Shown: piece by piece, positions 59,145-64,000 of the stretch | How positions within the stretch are numbered: the first letter of the stretch is position 1 | Layout of the letters: each line of letters begins with the position of its first letter | Source: an uncultured Acidobacteriota bacterium | Lineage (GTDB): Bacteria; Actinomycetota; Acidimicrobiia; Spongiisociales; ZC4RG35 | Assembly (NCBI GenBank): GCA_963711895.1 | Contig: CAVQFU010000007.1 | Location: forward strand, 270,506 to 334,505 | Direction of reading: 5' to 3' | DNA: 64,000 bases | Program-made: the position numbers and the translations under genes | Notes under the pieces: generated by a model | Databases searched by the model: none | Told to the model about the DNA's origin: nothing | What the model saw: only the letters and a program-made list of their open reading frames with translations

Positions 59145-60138
59145 GATGCTCGACATGATCCGGACCCTGGGGGACCAGATCCGTTGGGCGCGCGATCTCG
59201 ACATCCCCGATCTCCCCGCGAATCCCGAAGTTCTCGTCGGCGGCATGGGTGGGTCCGGGATTGCAGGGGACTTCGGGGCCGCTCTGGCCACCGCAACTCC
59301 GGGTCGGGTGGCTGTTCACAAGGGTTACTCGCCGCTTCCCGGTTGGGCACAACGCGTCAAGCCGACCGTTGTCGCAGCCTCGTACTCGGGGAATACCGAG
59401 GAGACTCTGGACCTGGTGGGGTCGGCCGATGCGGCCGGGCTCCCAATCGTGACCGTGACTACCGGTGGGCGTCTGGCCGAGCTGTCGGCGCAGAAGGCGT
59501 GGCCGACGATCGCAGTCCCGACCGGGCTCCAGCCCCGGGCTGCTGTCGGGTATCTGGGCGGTGTGGTGGCGAGAATCTTGAACACGATCGGTGTCCTGCC
59601 CGATCAGACCGCAGCTCTCGACGAGGCGGCCGACCTTGTCGACGCCGCCGCCGCCGAGGGCTCGGAAACTTGGGATATGGCACAGGAGCTGGCCAAAGGC
59701 CTGGTGGGTCGCATCACCGTCGTTTATGGAGGCGGTCCGATCAGTGCCACCGCCGCCCAGCGATGGAAGACCCAGATCAACGAGAATGCCAAGATGCCGG
59801 CCTGGTGGTCGGTGCTTCCCGAGCTCGATCACAATGAGATCGTCGGGTGGGAGACCCTGCCGTCAATGACGCGGGACGCGATCGGCATCGTGGCATTGAC
59901 CGACGTCGCCGACCATGAGCGGGTTCGGGCAAGACTCGACCACACCTCACAGCTGACCGAGTTTGCGGTGCCGTGGCTCGGGTTGGTGCCGGCGCGAGGA
60001 GATTCGGAGTTCGCCCGCTTGATGTCACTCACTGTCAGCGGGGATCTGGTGTCCTACATGCTGGCGGGAGAGGCGGGTGTCGACCCGGTACCGGTCGAGA
60101 CCATCGAGAAGCTGAAGAAACTATTGGTGAAGGACTGA
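59137..60138 (+). CDS. SIS-domain bifunctional phosphoglucose/phosphomannose isomerase
   Basis: [11 protein letters not shown] is a SIS motif. The C-terminal signature is [33 protein letters not shown]. Confidence 0.75.
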   Translation: MSEMLDMIRTLGDQIRWARDLDIPDLPANPEVLVGGMGGSGIAGDFGAALATATPGRVAVHKGYSPLPGWAQRVKPTVVAASYSGNTEETLDLVGSADAAGLPIVTVTTGGRLAELSAQKAWPTIAVPTGLQPRAAVGYLGGVVARILNTIGVLPDQTAALDEAADLVDAAAAEGSETWDMAQELAKGLVGRITVVYGGGPISATAAQRWKTQINENAKMPAWWSVLPELDHNEIVGWETLPSMTRDAIGIVALTDVADHERVRARLDHTSQLTEFAVPWLGLVPARGDSEFARLMSLTVSGDLVSYMLAGEAGVDPVPVETIEKLKKLLVKD

Positions 60139-60139
60139 G

Positions 60140-61387
60140 ATGAACTACGACATTGCCAATCCGGCTCTGGCCGAGGCCGGCGCCCGAAGAGTCGAATGGG
60201 CCGGGCGCCGCATGCAGGTGCTGGCCACCGTCCGGGAGCGGTTCGCCAAGGAGAAGCCCCTCGATGGGCTGGTCGTGGCTGCCTGTCTCCACGTGACGGC
60301 CGAGACGGCCAATCTCATGCTGGCTCTCCGGGACGGCGGGGCCGATCCCCTGCTCTGTGCCTCGAACCCGCTCTCGACCCAGGACGATGTCGCCGCGGCA
60401 CTCGTCGCAGAGGGCATCCCTGTGTTTGCCATACGCGGCGAGGACGCCGACACCTACTACAAGCACATCCATGCCGTGCTCGACCACGCACCAGCGATCA
60501 CAATGGACGACGGAGCCGACCTGGCCACGCTGCTCCACACCGATCGCCGGGATATCGAGGTCATCGGTTCCACGGAGGAGACGACCACCGGTGTCATCCG
60601 ACTAAAGGCGATGGCGGCCGACGGCACCCTTCGCGTACCTGTCGTGGCCGTCAACGACTCGGCCACCAAGCATCTGTTCGACAACCACTACGGGACCGGG
60701 CAGTCGGCGATCGACGGCATCATCCGGGCCACCAACATCCTCCTGGCAGGACAGAACATGGTCGTGATCGGTTACGGCGATTGCGGGCGCGGCGTGGCCA
60801 ACCGGGCCGACGGGCTGGGGGCAAACGTGATCGTGGTCGAGATCGACCCGGTGCGTGCCCTGGCGGCGGCGATGGATGGGTTCCGGGTCATGACCGGTGC
60901 CGACGCCGCTCGTGTTGGCGATCTCTTCATCACCGTGACCGGGAACAAGCACGTGCTGCGGATGGAGCACTTCGACGTGATGAAGGACGGCGTCATCCTG
61001 GCCAACGCCGGGCACTTCGACATCGAGCTGGACCTGGCTGCGCTGAGAGCGGCATCGGTGGCCCGTCGCCCAATCCGTGACAATCTGGAGGAGTTCGAGC
61101 TCCAGGACGGCAGACGTCTTCTCGTCATCGCCGAGGGCCGATTGGTCAACCTCGGAGCCGCCGAAGGACATCCGGCGGACGTGATGGACATGTCCTTCTC
61201 CAATCAGGCGCTCGCCGCCGAATACCTGGCGCTGAATGTGGATGAACTCGAGGCGAAGATCTACACGCTGCCCACCGAGATCGACGCCGATGTGGCGCGG
61301 ATCAAGCTGGAGCATCTGGGCGGGGGAGTCGACACCCTCACCGAGGATCAGGTGGCATATCTCTCCGGATGGCAGGAAGGAACCTGA
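60140..61387 (+). CDS. ahcY: Adenosylhomocysteinase (short, ~415-aa form)
   Basis: [39 protein letters not shown] and GHFDIE are present. Confidence 0.95.
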   Translation: MNYDIANPALAEAGARRVEWAGRRMQVLATVRERFAKEKPLDGLVVAACLHVTAETANLMLALRDGGADPLLCASNPLSTQDDVAAALVAEGIPVFAIRGEDADTYYKHIHAVLDHAPAITMDDGADLATLLHTDRRDIEVIGSTEETTTGVIRLKAMAADGTLRVPVVAVNDSATKHLFDNHYGTGQSAIDGIIRATNILLAGQNMVVIGYGDCGRGVANRADGLGANVIVVEIDPVRALAAAMDGFRVMTGADAARVGDLFITVTGNKHVLRMEHFDVMKDGVILANAGHFDIELDLAALRAASVARRPIRDNLEEFELQDGRRLLVIAEGRLVNLGAAEGHPADVMDMSFSNQALAAEYLALNVDELEAKIYTLPTEIDADVARIKLEHLGGGVDTLTEDQVAYLSGWQEGT

Positions 61388-61402
61388 TCGGCGGAGCCGA
61401 TC
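61386..61402 (+). terminator. Stem-loop overlapping the ahcY stop codon
   Basis: gatcggc-gga-gccgatc forms a 7-bp stem with a 3-nt loop. No U-tract follows. Confidence 0.4.
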
Positions 61403-61409
61403 GGGTTCC

Positions 61410-61459
61410 GGTCGTAGGTTCTAGGTGGTAGGTCTTAGGACTTACCACTTGCGACTTAC
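61410..61459 (+). promoter_or_regulatory. 7-nt-periodic TAG element that folds into a 21-bp imperfect hairpin, 8 nt upstream of the comF start
   Basis: TAG occurs at 61415, 61422, 61429 and 61436, followed by TAC, TGC and TAC at the same period. The arms 61414-61434 and 61439-61459 pair with 1 mismatch and several G.U pairs. G.U pairs form only in plus-strand RNA. Confidence 0.45.
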
Positions 61460-61467
61460 AACCTCTC

Positions 61468-62049
61468 ATGCTCTGCCAAAGCTGTCATGCCGTTTGCCGC
61501 GGGTTTCTCTGCGCCCGTTGCCGAGCCCTGCTTCGCCCGGCACCAGAGCGGATACTCGACTACGGCATCAGACTGGTGGCGGCGTTCGAACACGAGGGTG
61601 TGGCCCGGGAGCTCGTGCACGGGCTCAAGTACCGAGGCATGACCTCGTTTGCCGACTTGGTGGTAGAGACAATCTCTCCCCGGGTGCCCGCTCTTCCAGT
61701 GGTCCCTGTGCCCAGGACATGGTCACGTCAACTTCGGTACGGCATCGACCCTGCCCGTGAGATCGGCCGGCGGCTGGCCAGGGCCAAGAAGGTGCCGCTC
61801 CTCGACCTTCTCTCGGCGCCGCTTCATGCCCCGAGGCGCGCGGGCGGTGATCACAACCGCCCGCCGCCGGATCTCAAGACGGCGAAGGCGGTGTCGGGGG
61901 CGGTGATCCTCGTCGACGACGTGGTCACGACAGGCGCGACGGTCCGCTCCGCGGTGAGGACATTGGGCTCCGAGAGAATCGCGCTTGTGCTGGCGGCTAC
62001 TTTGGCCGATACGGTGTCTAGTCCCCGATCCAACCTGGAGAACACATGA
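61468..62049 (+). CDS. comF: ComF-family phosphoribosyltransferase-like protein
   Basis: The N-terminus has two CxxC pairs (CQSCHAVCRGFLCARCR). The C-terminal PRTase motif is VILVDDVVTTGATV. Confidence 0.75.
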   Translation: MLCQSCHAVCRGFLCARCRALLRPAPERILDYGIRLVAAFEHEGVARELVHGLKYRGMTSFADLVVETISPRVPALPVVPVPRTWSRQLRYGIDPAREIGRRLARAKKVPLLDLLSAPLHAPRRAGGDHNRPPPDLKTAKAVSGAVILVDDVVTTGATVRSAVRTLGSERIALVLAATLADTVSSPRSNLENT

Positions 62050-62083
62050 ATGCTCGGCAATTTCCACCTCGAGGCTGGTTCTG

Positions 62084-62734
62084 ATGGCCTCCGTGGTGAT
62101 CGTCGACGATGCCGAGTTGTTTCGCGAGGCGTTGCGCGCTGCGTTCGTTCAGGAAGGCTTCGAGGTGAAGGCGGTCGCCGCCGACGCCATGCATGCCATC
62201 GACATGGCGAGGGAACACCAGCCCGACCTGGTGATGCTGGACCTGCTCATGCCCGGCATGTCGGGCGTCGAGGTGGTCGGAGCGATTCTCAAGTCGAGTC
62301 CCACCACCCGGGTGGTGCTGCTCACATCGAGTGAATCGGCCAAGGACTTGCTGGCCGCAGTTAAAGCGGGCGCGTCCGGCTACCTGACCAAGGACACCCC
62401 GCTGCCCCGTCTGGTGGCAGCAATGCACGATGTCCTGGCCGGCGGCGCCGCTGTCTCGCCGGCGATGGGTGGGAAGTTGTTCAGCGCCCTCCGCGATTTG
62501 CTCCGGCACCACGGCGAAGCCGTGGCCCGAAGTCCCGAGCTGACCGGTCGCGAGCTCGAGATCCTCGGCTATGTGAGCGCGGGCAAGACCTCGAAGGAGA
62601 TCGCAGCCGAGCTCTTCATCTCCGAGAACACCGTACGCAACCACGTTCGCAATGTCCTCGACAAGCTGGGTCTCAAATCCCGCTTCGAGGCGGTCTCCTG
62701 GGCACAGCGAGAGGGGCTCATCGAGGTCCGTTGA
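62084..62734 (+). CDS. NarL/LuxR-family response regulator with no adjacent histidine kinase
   Basis: The receiver domain has VVIVDDAELFRE...DLVMLDLLMPGMSG. The C-terminal HTH is LTGRELEILGYVSAGKTSKEIAAELFISENTVRNHVRNVLDKLG. Confidence 0.85.
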   Translation: MASVVIVDDAELFREALRAAFVQEGFEVKAVAADAMHAIDMAREHQPDLVMLDLLMPGMSGVEVVGAILKSSPTTRVVLLTSSESAKDLLAAVKAGASGYLTKDTPLPRLVAAMHDVLAGGAAVSPAMGGKLFSALRDLLRHHGEAVARSPELTGRELEILGYVSAGKTSKEIAAELFISENTVRNHVRNVLDKLGLKSRFEAVSWAQREGLIEVR

Positions 62735-62794
62735 CCGGCTGATCCCGGTTCCGGAAGTGGGTCAATTCGTGCCCGCCGGTAGCATGAAATCCCA

Positions 62795-64000
62795 ATGCCA
62801 ATCCTCTCCAAGGTCCTGCGCGCCGGGGAAGGCAAGACACTCAAACAGTTCCAGGGCATCGTTGCCGCGGTCAATGACGTCGAGCCGGAGTTCGAGGCGC
62901 TCACCGACCAGGACCTAGCCATCAAGACAACAGAGTTCCGTAATCGCATCGGCGCCGGCGAAGGCTTGGACGAGCTACAGGTCGAGGCCTTTGCCACCGT
63001 CCGCGAGGCTGCCAAGAGGGTGTTGGGTCAGCGGCATTTCGACGTGCAGGTCATCGGCGCGGCTGCCCTCCACCGGGGGATGGTCGCCGAGATGAAGACC
63101 GGTGAGGGAAAGACACTCGTCTCGACGATGCCCGCCTATCTGAATGCCCTCAACGGCAAGGGTGTTCACCTGGTCACCGTCAACGACTACCTCGCATCCC
63201 GAGACGCGGACTGGATGGGAGCTATCCATCGCTTCCTTGGACTGAAGGTCGGACTCATCCAGAACGGCATGTCATCGGCAGATCGGCATCCCGCCTATGA
63301 CTCCGACATCACATATGGGACGAACAACGAGTTCGGCTTCGACTACCTCAGGGACAACATGGCGATGCGCGCCGACGACCGGGTACAGCGCGGCCATCCC
63401 TATGCAATCGTCGACGAAGTCGACTCCATCCTGATCGACGAGGCACGCACCCCATTGATCATCTCGGGGCGTGTCTCCGACAGCGCGAAGTGGTATCGGG
63501 ACTTCGCCAAGATCGCCAACCGGCTTCAGAAGGACCTCCACTACGAGGTCGACGAGCGAAAGAGGCAGGTCCTCACCACCGAGGAGGGCGTGACCCGGGT
63601 CGAACAGGTCCTGGGCATCGAGAATCTCTTCGACCATGCCGCGGTCGACTTCGTGCACCATCTCGAGGCAGCTCTCAGAGCCAAGGAGCTCTATCTCCGA
63701 GACGTCGACTACCTGATCGACCACGGCGAGGTGAAGATCGTCGACGAGTTCACCGGCCGGGTACTCGAAGGTCGCCGCTACTCCGAGGGGCTGCACCAGG
63801 CCATCGAGGCCAAGGAAGGCGTGACGATCAAGGATGAGAACCAGACGCTCGCCACGATCACATTGCAGAACTACTTCCGGCTTTACGAAAAGCTCGCAGG
63901 GATGACCGGCACGGCGGAGACGGAGGCGGCCGAACTGGCCCAGATCTATTCGCTGGAGGTCATCGGGATCCCCACCAATCAGCCGGTTGCGCGCGAGGAC
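62795..64000 (+). CDS. secA: Preprotein translocase ATPase SecA, with the 5' part running off the window
   Basis: My own translation from the ATG at 62795 is open to the window end. Motifs are [59 protein letters not shown] and [12 protein letters not shown]. Confidence 0.95.
   Translation, partial: MPILSKVLRAGEGKTLKQFQGIVAAVNDVEPEFEALTDQDLAIKTTEFRNRIGAGEGLDELQVEAFATVREAAKRVLGQRHFDVQVIGAAALHRGMVAEMKTGEGKTLVSTMPAYLNALNGKGVHLVTVNDYLASRDADWMGAIHRFLGLKVGLIQNGMSSADRHPAYDSDITYGTNNEFGFDYLRDNMAMRADDRVQRGHPYAIVDEVDSILIDEARTPLIISGRVSDSAKWYRDFAKIANRLQKDLHYEVDERKRQVLTTEEGVTRVEQVLGIENLFDHAAVDFVHHLEAALRAKELYLRDVDYLIDHGEVKIVDEFTGRVLEGRRYSEGLHQAIEAKEGVTIKDENQTLATITLQNYFRLYEKLAGMTGTAETEAAELAQIYSLEVIGIPTNQPVARED

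Noticed and set aside
58669-59832. A 387-aa minus-strand ORF, and a 217-aa plus-strand ORF at 59184..59837.
   Set aside because: They are shadow frames over manB, Trm112 and the SIS isomerase, with Arg/Pro/Gly-rich products.

Overview
High-GC, actinobacterial-type chromosomal segment. The order cofE/cofD - GT2 membrane protein - DUF3499 - manB - Trm112 - PGI/PMI - ahcY - comF - secA resembles, from memory, the mycobacterial and streptomycete layout. Positions 1-33 kb form a large cell-envelope polysaccharide locus. It holds rmlC-B-A-D, about 10 glycosyltransferases, an O-antigen-ligase/Wzy-like protein, two Wzx-like flippase paralogs, a polyprenyl-phosphate sugar-phosphate (priming) transferase, methyltransferases and large polytopic membrane proteins. 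Embedded in it are five signal-peptide-bearing enzymes: GH26-like, M23 peptidase, S8 protease, PQQ-type sugar dehydrogenase and SpoIID/LytB. All five carry the same ~200-aa, four-repeat FG-GAP/VCBS-like module (GDWDxDGxDT), which I consider the most interesting signal in the window. The right half is mostly housekeeping: pepA, class A PBP, acyl-CoA mutase large subunit, LpdA-like flavoprotein, biotin carboxylase plus carboxyltransferase, birA, LCP, ugd, F420 genes, mannose metabolism, ahcY, comF, a NarL-type response regulator and secA. Other sequence-level observations are listed here.
- About 20 manually inferred reading-frame breaks cluster between 6 and 26 kb, including two compensated +1/-1 pairs.
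- A DUF559/AbiEi gene is bracketed by ~50-bp inverted repeats between two convergent metabolic genes.
- Two AT-rich intergenic elements share a hairpin, a 14-mer and a 7-nt-periodic TAG motif. One of them folds into a 21-bp G.U-rich hairpin just upstream of comF.
- A translationally coupled seven-gene block contains three tiny Cys-rich proteins.
I recognised no rRNA, tRNA, CRISPR array, transposase or integrase. All alignments were done by eye. Frameshift positions are accurate to about +/-15 nt. ORF-track 'M' starts include GTG and TTG codons, and many long Arg/Pro/Gly-rich track ORFs are antisense shadows.
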